64,000 bases of DNA from Reclinomonas americana ATCC 50394 (Eukaryota): NCBI GenBank assembly GCA_048213135.1, contig PS015439.1, positions 1-64,000 of the forward strand, given 5' to 3'. A program made the translations under genes and the position numbers. Under the pieces are notes generated by a model. The model saw only the letters and a list, made by a program, of their open reading frames with translations, was not told where the DNA came from and made no database searches. Below, piece after piece: positions 51,750 through 64,000 of the stretch. The first letter of the stretch is position 1, and each line of letters starts with the position of its first letter.

Positions 51750-54700
51750 TTGGCAATACCAACTGACCAGCCACAGGGAACTGATGGAAGGAGCCGCCAA
51801 CGCGCACAAGTCGCAGATTGACCGTGTTGACCTCTGGCCAGTTGCACATCCACACCGGATGGTACACGTCATGACGAGTGAGCACCAGGTGCGGGATCGG
51901 TTCCACCACGGTAATAGCGCGTTCTGCGAGGCGCACACACCGAGGAAGTCAGTCAAACACCCTTCAAGAAAAGCACCGGCTCGATTTCTTGCCGTACCGA
52001 CAAGCACCACCGAGAAAACACCAAAGACACCATCGTCGAGCACGATGGTAAACTCGACCGTCTCCGAGGCCGCCAGCGACGGAATAATGGCCGTGGATAC
52101 GAGGTCAACAGGCGGTGACGACGGGACGTTCCACCAAACGCCATTCCTGAATGTGCCGTCACAAACGGTGGCGCGATCCACACTGACTGCCACCGTAGTG
52201 CTCGTGCTATTGGAAGAAGGTCGCTGCTGGAACAGCAGGTCGACATTGGCCGTGACCACGGTCGGATTCTCGCACGACCACATCAGCGAGAGCGGTTCCT
52301 GACCGTAGTATGCCACTGTATCGATGAAAGCACACATGTTGAGTGCGACATCGCCATCAATGCCAATCTACGAAAGTGAGGAACCTGGCATTGCCGACGA
52401 GGCCAGACGCGTTGTGCCAAGCATTTGCAGCTGAATGGTTGACATGAACAGCAAGTTGGCACTGATCGTGGAGAACGGATACCACGTCGACGCGTGCCGC
52501 ACACACAGCTGCAGCCGACGGGCTACCGATGCAGGCGCGCTGCCGAGGGTGTACGGCACCTGCGAGATACGAGGTGAATCTAAACGTGCAACACCGAGTT
52601 TCAATCCACGAAGAACGCAACCAGCAGTCGACTGCCACCCCCACTGGGCACACCAACAGTGCCTACTGCCACACCGGTGGCACACGAGTCGGTGGCGGCC
52701 ACAATTTGGAAGCGCTCTCGGTCGGCATTCAAGTTGACACCCATCACTGTCAGTGTGTACCACTCGTTGTCACGGTTGACACGGTGCGACGGTAAATTGT
52801 CCACCGACACTGTGAGCAACGGACGTGGTGAGAACACAACACTCCGCAATACTCAACTACCGCATGAATCGCCTCACCCAGCTGCAACGCAGTGTTGTCT
52901 GCCACTGCGCCCCACTGCACTGCGGGATCGGCGCTGGCCGGTCGCATACATACGTGGTACGCCTGCGCTGTGGCAGTTACGGGAATCGTGACTTTCACCA
53001 CCAATGTCGAGGGCACACCGCTCGCATCCAGTGTTGTGGCCACGACGTTGAGCATGGAGGGCACCAGCGGGGCAGCCGGACTGCAGTCCACGTTCCACGG
53101 AACCACCGCCACATCCGTACCCACCGTCAAGTTGATGCCACTGATGGTGACGCTGACGGACGAGAGCGAGAACGTGGCAGGAACGGTTAGCAGGCGAGGA
53201 ATCGCCACGGGAGTCAGCGCCGTCGGCCGAGCTGCGAACAGTGCAATAGTCAGACATCCTCATCCAGCCTTCGACGTACGGGACAAATACGTGACATACC
53301 CAAAGTAATGACATTCAGTCCAGCACCAGCAGCCGCGCCGACTGGTGTCCACGCAAATGCGGGATTGGCAGCTGCCGAGTTGCGTATGCACAGCTGCAAA
53401 GCCGCTGGTGCACCGGGAGATGGAGTTGTCGACGAAGTAACGGCCACCCGCAGCACGAGTTGGGTGGACGAACTGGTGGCCGCATCCACTGTGACAGAGC
53501 CGACGGGGACTGTCGATGCGCTCGAGCACGACGAATCGGCTGCCACCAAGGCAAACGAATCGCGCGAGGCGTTCAGGAACAGACCCGGGACGACGAGTGT
53601 CTTTGCCAGGCTGTCAGTGACCATCAGTGTTGGCGATACGGCACCCGTCGACACTGAGGAAGAGAAAGGGAGAAAAAGTCAACAAACAAGTGATAAAAGG
53701 CGGCATGACATGTCAACAATGCAGACCGAGGATCAGCTGCTGGCCAGGTGCAGCATCGCCAAACTGCGCACTGGCACTTCCACCCGGTTTAATGCACACC
53801 CTGCGCGCACCAAGACAGTGCATGAGTGGATTATGCACATGTACCTATCCTTGCACACCACCAGCGCAACTTATACACCCCGGCCGTCAGCGGGAGCGCC
53901 AGCGTCAGCGTAGCTGAGGAAGGTGGCGAGGTGACGACCGTGGTAGTGATGGCGGCAGCCGGACTGCTACCAGCAGGCATGGTGCACGTAGTCGACGGAA
54001 GAGCCACCACGTACTGATCGGCGGCGTCGAGGTGTGCGCCAACCAGCTGCACAGAGAGTGGCGATGTGCCGATAGAAAGAACATTGGGGACAATCGACGA
54101 GATCACCACTGCGAGAATGATCGTAAGTTATTTCAGCACGCAAACACGCTCGGGAGGGGATCGACTTTTTGTCGTACCTGCGGTGACATCGCCGTTGCTC
54201 GCCACTGGCGTGAACTCAACAAATGGCGTGCCGACATTGACCTGGATACACATGCGCAGGAATGTGCCGTTCACCAAGTCGGCTGGTACTGGCACCGTGA
54301 CCAGCAACTCAAGGGACGTGTCGGTTGGTCCAACAGGATCCACTGCACAGCGCGAATGAGCAACGCATCAGCAGAAAACGTGCAAAATGTGGTCACTTCC
54401 TCACCAGTGATAGCGCCGACAGTAGCGCCGCTGGCACATGTCGTCGACCGCAGCACCAACTTGAACATGTCACGTGCCTTGTTCAAGCCATTGCCTTGAA
54501 CGGTGATGCGCTTCGCTGATCCGTCAGCAACAACGGCATTGGGAATCAGTGCAGCCGCGCGCACTGTGCAAGAAATCAACAGGACTGCCAAGACCAACAC
54601 AAGACTCATATGCTACTACGCACCGATTGACAAGCTGGTCGTACCCACTTGCGTGTACGGCGAGACACCGTCCACCGAGAAGCACACGATGTCTGCACTC

Positions 54701-57700
54701 GATGTGAGACACACACGCACGCCACACCGCACTCGGTAGAAGGTGCACGCAACAGCTGCCGGTCGGAATGGGACCTGGAGTGACACCCAGCGGCAACGAT
54801 GCTGCCTGCGAGACCACGGTGGTCGAGGTGAGAGGAATGCCGGAGCCGTTGCAGGGAGCCGTGCTGGTAGACTGTAGCTGGAAGAACTGGGTGCTTGCCA
54901 GGTTTGTGCCGACAACAGTGAAGCCACTCGACAATGTGTCAGTGGCCGCCGTGGCTGGTAAGAATCCAGTGGCAGCGACTGCGCGCGGCGGCAATGGAAA
55001 GCTGCTGTTAGCGCTGCCAGCATACGCGACTCGCACGAGAAGAAGAGAATGAGAACGAAACTGGCGGCAATCACAAACGTCTTCTGGAACGAAGCGCCAC
55101 CGCTGTCGGTGACCCGAATGGTGACTACAAGATTGGAGGCTGTCTGTCCTGCTGCTGTGATGCGTAGCTCAGGTGGCACGGCCGCGTTGCTGATGTTGAA
55201 CAGTGCATCGCCCTGGCCAGGCACGATGGAGTACACGAAAGAATCTTGCGAGTTGGCATCGACTGCTGAGAGTGTACCGAGCACGAAATTGTTGGTCAAG
55301 GTAGGTGCCACATAATACTGCTTGCTGAGTCCAATATTTGTGGGAGGCGAGTTACCTGCACGCATTGGGTGTAAGGGAAGACGAAAAATAAGGATTGCGA
55401 GTCAGAGTCATCAAAGAATGAGAGAGAATAGGAAAGGGGTAGAGGTGACGAGAGAGGGGAGAGCAACAAGATTGCAAAGCAAGAACAAACGAAAAGACGC
55501 AACTTTCGCTGATGGTGAAAACTTCGTCTCGGAACAGGCCGGCGCTGTCGGTGGCGCGAACAATCACGCTCAAGTTGTTTCCCACCTGACCAGCGTTGCG
55601 CACTACCAACGTGGAACCGACGATTGCGAAGAGATTCATATTGGCGCCACCGACCAGCGAGAACGTTGCAATATCGGTCACGTTGTCGTCAAGCACCGTG
55701 AGATTGCCGACGGGTGTGTTGGGAGTGGTAGACGCAGGTGTGTAGGAGTACGACGACATCAGAACGGCCCGTGGCGGCACCGGAACTAGTGATGAAGCGG
55801 TGAGGAAAAGGAAATGTAACAGCGGTGAGGAAAAAGGGAGATGTAACAGAGGTTGAAGACCGAGCTACGCACCATCAGTGACGACAAACTCCTTGTCGAG
55901 TGATGCCGGGCCGAGAGTATCCGTGACGCGCTGTTTCCATGCAGTCAGTCCATTGCCATCATGCACGACCACATAATCCCCTCCAAAGAACAACCAACGC
56001 ACCACAATGACATGCAGGTTGGTGCCAACCTGGCCGGCGTTCACCAGCACCAGATTGGCACCGAGAACGTTGAACAGCGTTGAAGACGACCCGCCGACAA
56101 TGGAAAACACGTGCGCCTCCGGAGGCGAAGAATTGGCATCAACCACAGAGAGTGCACCGATGACGGTGTTCGTCGTCACAGTAGCCGGCGTGTACGTGGA
56201 GGACGACAGAGAGAGAATGGTGGGTGGCACATTTTCTATGGAGAATAGAATATACACGATGTGAGTTGTTGCCACACCAACATGCACTCACGAGCGAGCG
56301 ACGCACGTTCGGTAACCGTCAGTGTCGAATCCAGAATGCCACCAGCGCTGTCAGTGGTACGCACCACCAGCTGCATACCGTAGCCTTTAACACCAGCTGA
56401 CGAAATGCGGAGCTGATTGCCAAAGACTGCGACACAGGGCCTCATTGGNNNNNNNNNNNNNNNNNNNNNNNNNNNNNNNNNNNNNNNNNNNNNNNNNNNN
56501 NNNNNNNNNNNNNNNNNNNNNNNNNNNNNNNNNNNNNNNNNNNNNNNNNNNNNNNNNNNNNNNNNNNNNNNNNNNNNNNNNNNNNNNNNNNNNNNNNNNN
56601 NNNNNNNNNNNNNNNNNNNNNNNNNNNNNNNNNNNNNNNNNNNNNNNNNNNNNNNNNNNNNNNNNNNNNNNNNNNNNNNNNNNNNNNNNNNNNNNNNNNN
56701 NNNNNNNNNNNNNNNNNNNNNNNNNNNNNNTAATGGCGGTGGGTGGCACGGGCACTGCACAAAAAGTAGCTATAGTGAGGGAGTGGGAGAGCAAGGTGGC
56801 GACTGCTGGCGAGCACCGACGCAACAGTCGTTGATGACAAAATTGCGGTCGGAGAAGCCGCCAACCGAGTCCGTCGCTCGAATCTGTGGCGCCACAAAAA
56901 ATGTCAGTCACAAGGACGCAATGCTGCAACCACACTCTGGCTCTTCTTCGTCAAATTACCGTGAGAGTCAAGGCAGTGCCGCGCTGACCAGCCGCCACAA
57001 AGGCCAACTGGGGTGGCATCGTGGCCAGCACGGTGAAGAGGGCACCAGAGCCGCCAGGTCGCACGGTAAATGACACAGTTTGGCCAGTGTTCACATCCAC
57101 AGCACTGAGAATGCCAATAGGCTGCAGGGCGCTGGTGGTCGGTGGAGTGTAGGTGTTGTTGCTGAGGGAGATAGACGTCGGCGGCACGTTGGCTGTTGGA
57201 AAATGCGTCAGGGAGCAATCATCAACGCAGGAGACAAGCGGAGGGATTTCGCAGACCTTCGTTGATTGTGAAGGTGGACGTGATGGAAAGACCGCCCGAG
57301 TCGGTGGAACGCACTTGCACCAAAAGGCCATTACCGGAGAGTCCCGTGGTGGCCACCAACAGGCGATCGTTGCTGATGCTGAAGGCCAGCTGATTGGCAC
57401 CGCCGACAATCGAGTACGTAAATGTCTCTCCGGTATTGCTGTCGGTGGTCGTCAGCTGACCAACAGTGGCACCCACCACGCCCGGCGGCGTGTACAGTTG
57501 CGGTGAGAGTGCAAGTGCCGTTGGTGGCACATTGGCTGGCCATGGCGCGAGAAATCATGATCAGAAACAACAATCAACAAACACCAGCAGGCGGTGACCA
57601 CCGACCTTCATTGAACGTCAGCGTCTGCACCGCGCTCCGGCCAGTGTTGTCCGTCACCTGCACACAGCAGTCAGCACAAAAGCAGCGCACTTGGACACGG

Positions 57701-60700
57701 ACAATCCTGCAAACTCACCTGCACAACCACCTGCAGTCCGTTGCCCGTCTGACCCGCAGAGCGGAGAACCAACTGGTTCCCTTGCACATCAAACAAGGCG
57801 GCCGAAGCGCCACCCACGATTGAGAACGTGAACGNNNNNNNNNNNNNNNNNNNNNNNNNNNNNNNNNNNNNNNNNNNNNNNNNNNNNNNNNNNNNNNNNN
57901 NNNNNNNNNNNNNNNNNNNNNNNNNNNNNNNNNNNNNNNNNNNNNNNNNNNNNNNNNNNNNNNNNNNNNNNNNNNNNNNNNNNNNNNNNNNNNNNNNNNN
58001 NNNNNNNNNNNNNNNNNNNNNNNNNNNNNNNNNNNNNNNNNNNNNNNNNNNNNNNNNNNNNNNNNNNNNNNNNNNNNNNNNNNNNNNNNNNNNNNNNNNN
58101 NNNNNNNNNNNNNNNNNNNNNNNNNNNNNNNNNNNNNNNNNNNNNNNNNNNNNNNNNNNNNNNNNNNNNNNNNNNNNNNNNNNNNNNNNNNNNNNNNNNN
58201 NNNNNNNNNNNNNNNNNNNNNNNNNNNNNNNNNNNNNNNNNNNNNNNNNNNNNNNNNNNNNNNNNNNNNNNNNNNNNNNNNNNNNNNNNNNNNNNNNNCC
58301 AGCACTTGCAGGTTGTTCCCCGACTGGCTGGTGTTGACGAGGCGTAGCTGGTTGCCGGAGATGTAGAACAAACTGGCATCGGCACCGCCAACAATCGAAT
58401 AGGTGAATGTCGAGGCTGTGTTCGCGTCCACGCCTTGAAGGATGCCAACCACTTGCCCTGGCGTCGGATCCAGTGGCACATATGATGTGCTGTCCAGCAG
58501 GAGGTTGGAAGGCGGCACATTGGCTGCGTGAATCAACCATCACGACATGTCAGCACTGGAAACGATCGATATCGAGGAAGCGCATCAACGAGAACAACGC
58601 ACCCTCGTCCAACACAAATGGCTGATCCACAAAGTTGCCGGTGGAGTCTGTCGATCGTACCACCACCTGCAGTCCGTCACCGCGTTGCCCAGCGTTCTTG
58701 AACACCAGATTGCCATTGACAACATCAAAGAGGGCAGCGTCGGCGCCGCCAACAACCGAGTAGGTGAACGAGTCAGTCGCGTTGGAGTCAGCAGTCGTCA
58801 GAACGCCGACCACCGCATTGGTTGAGGCGGTGGGTGGCACGTAGGTACTGGAGGAGAGCGACACCGACGTAGGTGCCACGGGTACTGCGAGGGAGAGCAA
58901 TGTGAGTCTCCCAAGGCTGCGTCACATGTCAGTCAATCATCGACATACCATCGTTGACAGTGAACGGCACATCGAGTGAGGCACCGGCCGTGTCGGTGGC
59001 TCGCACAATCACGGACAGATTGGTTCCCGTCTGACCAGCATTACGCAAGCACAGCTGATTTCCAATGATGGTGAACAGCGCCTGGTTAGCACCGCCAACA
59101 ATGGAGAACGTCGCCGTGTCCCAGGCATTGAGGTCGGTGGCGCTCAACGTGCCCACTGGCTGATTCGCAGCCAACGTGGCCGGCGTGTATGTGTTCGACG
59201 AGAGAGAGATGCCGGAAGGAGCAACATTGGCTGCGAACGGGTAACGAAGGTTCTGTCTGTGTCAGTATCGCGTCACTCTCCGTACAAGGGACACGATCAA
59301 CTCTAGCACACCATCACCGAGAGACAGCGTTGTATCCACTGTTCCACCACGGCCATCATCTGTTCGCACAATCACCTGCAGGTTGCGTCCACTCAAGTTT
59401 GGCACAGCGGTGCGGATCTGCGATCCAACAACAGCGAACAAGGCCGCATCGGCGCCACCGACTCTGCAGACAGACAAGAGCGGGTGAGTGATGTGAACTT
59501 GCATCGAAGAAATGTCGTCGAGCACAATGTCGCAACATGGAATAGGTGAATAAGTCGCAGCAGTTTGCATCAACGCCTGCCAATGTGCCGACAACGGTGC
59601 CGGCAGGAGACAGCGGTGCAACGCCGGGAGACGAGATAGTGACACCAGCTGGCGGCACGTTCACTGCGCAAACACGCACAGCATAAAGATGAGACACACA
59701 AGATGTTCTTCTTCATCTCTTGAATGTCACTGACCTTCGGTAATGACAAATGACTGCGTGGTGGAGAGGCCAGTGGCGTCGGTCACTCGCACAGTGACTG
59801 GCACATTGGTACCAGTGGAGCCAGCCGAGAGCCACACCAACTGATTGCCACCGACAACACCAAAGATGCCGCCGCCAGTCACCACGCTGAATGTGAATGC
59901 GGTGTCGAGCACATTGGGGTCGATGGCGGACAGGGTGCCAATTACTTGATTTGGCACCACCGTCGGCGGCACATACGAGGTCGAGCTCAACAGCACGCCG
60001 GTCGGTGGCACGGGCACATCCGTGATGACAAACACGTGGTCGACAGAGGCTGATGCTGAATCCGTAGCTCGCACCGTGACGGAGAGATTCGCGCCAGTGA
60101 GTCCCGCCGACGTAATTCGCAGTTGGTCGCCACTAATGTTGAAGAGGGAACCGGAGCCACCCGGCAGGATCGTGTACGTCACCGTCTGACAGCAGTTGGC
60201 GTCGACAGCGGACAGTGTGCCAACCACGGTATTGGCAGCTGCCGAAGGTGGCGCATACGTTGCCGGCGACAACGAGATGCTCGACGGTGCCACGTTGACT
60301 GCAATAACAACGTGAGCAACGGGTGCGCAAGGATGGCGGGGAGCAGCACATCGCACCTTCGTTGAGGAAGAAAGTGGTGTCTTGTGAGCCGCCGTTGCCG
60401 TCACTCACGCGAACAGTGATGATGAGGTTCTGCAACAATCCACGTGAGCAAGGGTCACACACTCTCTTGCAGCCGCGTGAATATATACACACCATGCCGC
60501 TCAGCACCAGCGTCTGCACGCGCAGCTCATTACCAGCAACACCACCAATCTGCACATAGCACACAATCAGAGTCGCGCGACACCAACACAGCGAATGACA
60601 GACAGAGCGCAACGTAGAACTTGGAGTCATCGTCATTGCCAATGAGAGTGTACGAAAGACTCTGACAGCAGTTGGCGTCGGTGGCCGACAACACTCCAAT

Positions 60701-63700
60701 CAAAGCATTCTGCAAACTACGTGGAGCATAGAATGTTGTCGACAGCGCCAGGTTTGCTGGTGGCACGTTGGCTGCAGAACAAATACAATCAGTGGATAGC
60801 AGGCGCGTAGAATCACGTGCAACTGAGAATACCTTCGTTGATGCTGTGCGCGGAGAGAGAGAGAGACACACGGAGACGCACGTTGAGAAACAAAAGATAG
60901 ATGCAAGAATCAAAATGAGAACCACAAATCTCCGCGACAGCACACGCACGTAAATGTTGTCTGCAGAGTTCCACCACGACCGTCGGATACTTCGATGCGG
61001 ATGCGCAGGTTGTTGCCAGTCTGCCCGGCCAGTGCCAGCGATAGCGTCGACCCGCTGAGCACAAACAGCGACTCGTTGAAGCCGGCGACAACCGTGTACG
61101 TGTATGAGCCCAGCGTGTTGGCGTCGACGGCGGTGAGCGAGCCCACCACCACTCCGGCGGTGGGAGTTGGCGGCACATATGTGTTGGAGCTTAGCACCAA
61201 TGCCGACGGCGGCACATTCACTGTGCGTACGGACGAGTGAGATGACATACAACAGGCATGATCGACAGAGATGTGGGACCTTCAGTGATGGTGAACAGCT
61301 TGCGGACCCAGGCACCGGCCGCGTCGGTCGACTGCACTTCGACCTGCAGTGGATCACCACGAGAGTTTGCGGCGCTCAGTCGTAGTTGTGTGCCGTTGAT
61401 GTTGAACATGGCAGAGTGCGGGCCGCCAGAGATTGCTGCATTGACATTGACAAGATCACGATCATGTCAGTCTCAAATCACAGATGGTCACCCCACACAA
61501 TTGCAATCCATGCACGCAGCAGTAGGTGAATGTGTCACCAGTATTGATGTCCAACGTGGTGAAGAAGCCCACCACCACATTCGCACTCGAGGTCGGTGGA
61601 ATGTATGTCGTGCCCCACAAAATAATGTCACTTGGTGCCACGTTGACTGCAGTCGACCAATCACCCATCAGTCAGTAAGGCACACTTTGCAGTGTACGAG
61701 CTCGTCGGTCATTTCCGCAACACACACCTTCGTTGACAGTAAACGTGCGGTCCAATGAGGAAAATCCATCAGAGACACGAATGGTGACCAGCAATCCAGT
61801 GCCCGACAAGCCACCGGGAACATTGGCAAGCAAGTCGGTGCCGGAGACCGCAAACAGACCCTGGTTTGCGCCTCCAACACTGCATGATAGAGGGGATCAG
61901 CCGGCAGGCACACGAGAAGGTAAGCAGCAAAGAAAACACGGCTGGTCGTTGCGCAACATGGAGTAGGTGTGTGACTGACAACAGTTGGCGTCGATCACAA
62001 ACAGAGAGCCAATAACTGATCCCTGTGCCGCTGGCGGCACGTACGTGGATGGCGACAGCAGAAGATCACTCGGCGGCACATTAGCTGCGCAACAAGAAGT
62101 GAACCACACGCGCAGCAGATGTGCTAACCCACCGCCGGCAACACCAACCTTCAGTGATGGTCAGTGTCTGGTCGACAGAGCCGCCCGCGCCGTCGTCGGC
62201 GTGCACAATCACGGTGAGAGGCGACGTGTTGAGAGTGGCAGCTGCAACCACCAGCTGGTCTCCCGACACGGAGAACTTGCTGGCATCAGGTCCACCAACA
62301 CTGACAAAGAAGACTTGCGTGAGAACGAGATCGCAGGACGCGCCAGCTCAACGGTGAACGCACATGGAATAGGTGAACGATTGACAGCAATTGGCATCCA
62401 CAGCCGCCAGCGTGCCAACGACCGTGCCCAACGGTGACGGCGGTGTGTATGTCATCGACGACAAGGTCACCGCCGTCGGTGCCACATTGGCCTCGTCCAG
62501 CACAAATGTCTGGTCTCGAACACCACCTGCGCCGTCATCGACACGCACAACAATGCTCAGACTGTTGCCGGTGAGCGGGCCGCCACTGCTGTCGACCACC
62601 AGTTGGTTTCCAGAGATACTGAATCGAGACGCAGCAGCGCCACCAACAATCGAGTAGGTCATGCTCTGACAGCAGTTTGCGTCCCTGTGGTGGCGTGCAG
62701 AGTGAGGATTACACGAACCCCAGATGGACCATGAGCAATCATGAGTGCAAACGCACGTGGTCGAGAGCGTGGCAACGACGGTGCCAACGGGTGCGGGTAC
62801 CGGCGAGTACGTGGTGGTGGAGAGTGCCAGTGCGGACGGAGGCACATTGGCTAGCGACAGACTAGATGAGCGACACAGACACAAGAAGGCAGAGAAGCAC
62901 ATGCACGCACCTTCGTTGACGGTAAACGTCTTGTCAAAGTGCGCGCCAGACGGATCACTGACTCGGACGGTGACTTGCAAATTGTTGCCCTGCTGGCCTG
63001 CGTTGCGGAGTACTAACTGCGAGCCGACAATGTCGAAGAGAGCACTATTCGCACCACCGACGATAGACAGTGACAGTGCGTCGTTCGCATTGCCATCGAC
63101 ACCAGTGATTGTGCCCACCACCGTATTGGCAGCGGGTGTGGGTGGTGCGTAGGCCGACGAGGATAAAAGTACGTCGGTCGGGGTCACGGGCACTGCAAGC
63201 GACCGAGAGAGTGAGCAGCGACTCTCTCTGCAAACACCAAATATCGTCACTCACCGTCGTTGATGGTAAAGAACTTGGCCAGCGTTTGTCCACTGGCATT
63301 GGTTGACAGCACCTGCACTTGCAGACCGGTACCTCGCTGTCCCGCAGCTCGAATTACCAGTTGATCCCCAATGACCGAGAACACAGCAGCATCGGTTCCG
63401 CCCACCACGGCGTAGGTGTAGGGTGAAGAGGCAGATGTGTCGGTTGTGGAGAGCGTGCCAATCACCGTATTCGCGGTCGAGGTCGGTGGCGTGTAGGTGG
63501 TCGAGGATNNNNNNNNNNNNNNNNNNNNNNNNNNNNNNNNNNNNNNNNNNNNNNNNNNNNNNNNNNNNNNNNNNNNNNNNNNNNNNNNNNNNNNNNNNNN
63601 NNNNNNNNNNNNNNNNNNNNNNNNNNNNNNNNNNNNNNNNNNNNNNNNNNNNNNNNNNNNNNNNNNNNNNNNNNNNNNNNNNNNNNNNNNNNNNNNNNNN

Positions 63701-64000
63701 NNNNNNNNNNNNNNNNNNNNNNNNNNNNNNNNNNNNNNNNNNNNNNNNNNNNNNNNNNNNNNNNNNNNNNNNNNNNNNNAAACGACAAGTTGTGCGAGTG
63801 TATGTGTGTGTGAATGAACACCTTCGCTGATGACAAATGAACTTGTGGTTGAGCCACCGGCGCCGTCGCTGACCGTCACTGTTACTTGCAGGCCGTTGCC
63901 AGTGAGACTGGCCACGTTGGCACGGAGACTGTTGCCGCTGATATTGAACATGGACTGATTGGCGCCTCCGGTGACGGCGTACGTCAGCGTTTGACCCGTG
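51750..64000 (-). CDS. Giant secreted/surface repeat protein (partial): ~22 cadherin-like repeats followed by ~6 Cys-pair IPT/TIG-like repeats
   Basis: ~95-aa repeats NVPPxxLxLSxxTYxP...VVGTLxxxDxN..FTYSIVGG..LFxIxGNQL...LxVxVRxTDxxG...FxIxE; both ends lie outside the window or in a gap. Confidence 0.88.

Noticed and set aside
54349-54410. Apparent GC donor (T|GCACGT) in the surface-protein gene
   Set aside because: A canonical G|GTGAGG donor upstream gives the same phase and a typical 62-nt intron.
55796-55850. Two ~25-nt direct repeats (GCGGTGAGGAAAA..ATGTAACA)
   Set aside because: Adjacent intronic tandem duplication without spacers; not CRISPR-like.

Overview
Gene-dense, GC-rich eukaryotic scaffold with many short (~55-90 nt) spliceosomal introns, microsatellites and several N-gaps. 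A CCDC61/VFL3 gene points to a flagellated protist; I cannot name the taxon. I reconstructed exon-intron structures by hand. Recognisable genes are CCDC61, a HEAT/ARM-like protein, a Myb-repeat gene with a RAWUL-like module downstream, an M16 peptidase of the stromal-processing-peptidase type, SART3/Prp24, and a very large cadherin-like/IPT-like repeat surface protein. Two things stand out. (1) At 9.3-25.5 kb is a tandem array A1>-<B1-A2>-A3>-<B2-A4> of a membrane-protein family I do not recognise. The four intact, divergent, mosaic 16-exon A genes encode signal peptide, 2 TM and a large helical domain with a hydrophobic hairpin. The two near-identical B genes are truncated paralogs lacking the hairpin domain, each head-to-head with an A gene; a candidate effector/antidote or recognition system. 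(2) At least 35 introns use a one-base-shifted donor class (GTTGCGT/GTTGAGT/GTTTCGT, once GCTGCGT) beside ordinary GTGCGT/GTGAGT. I saw no rRNA, tRNA, CRISPR array or transposon.
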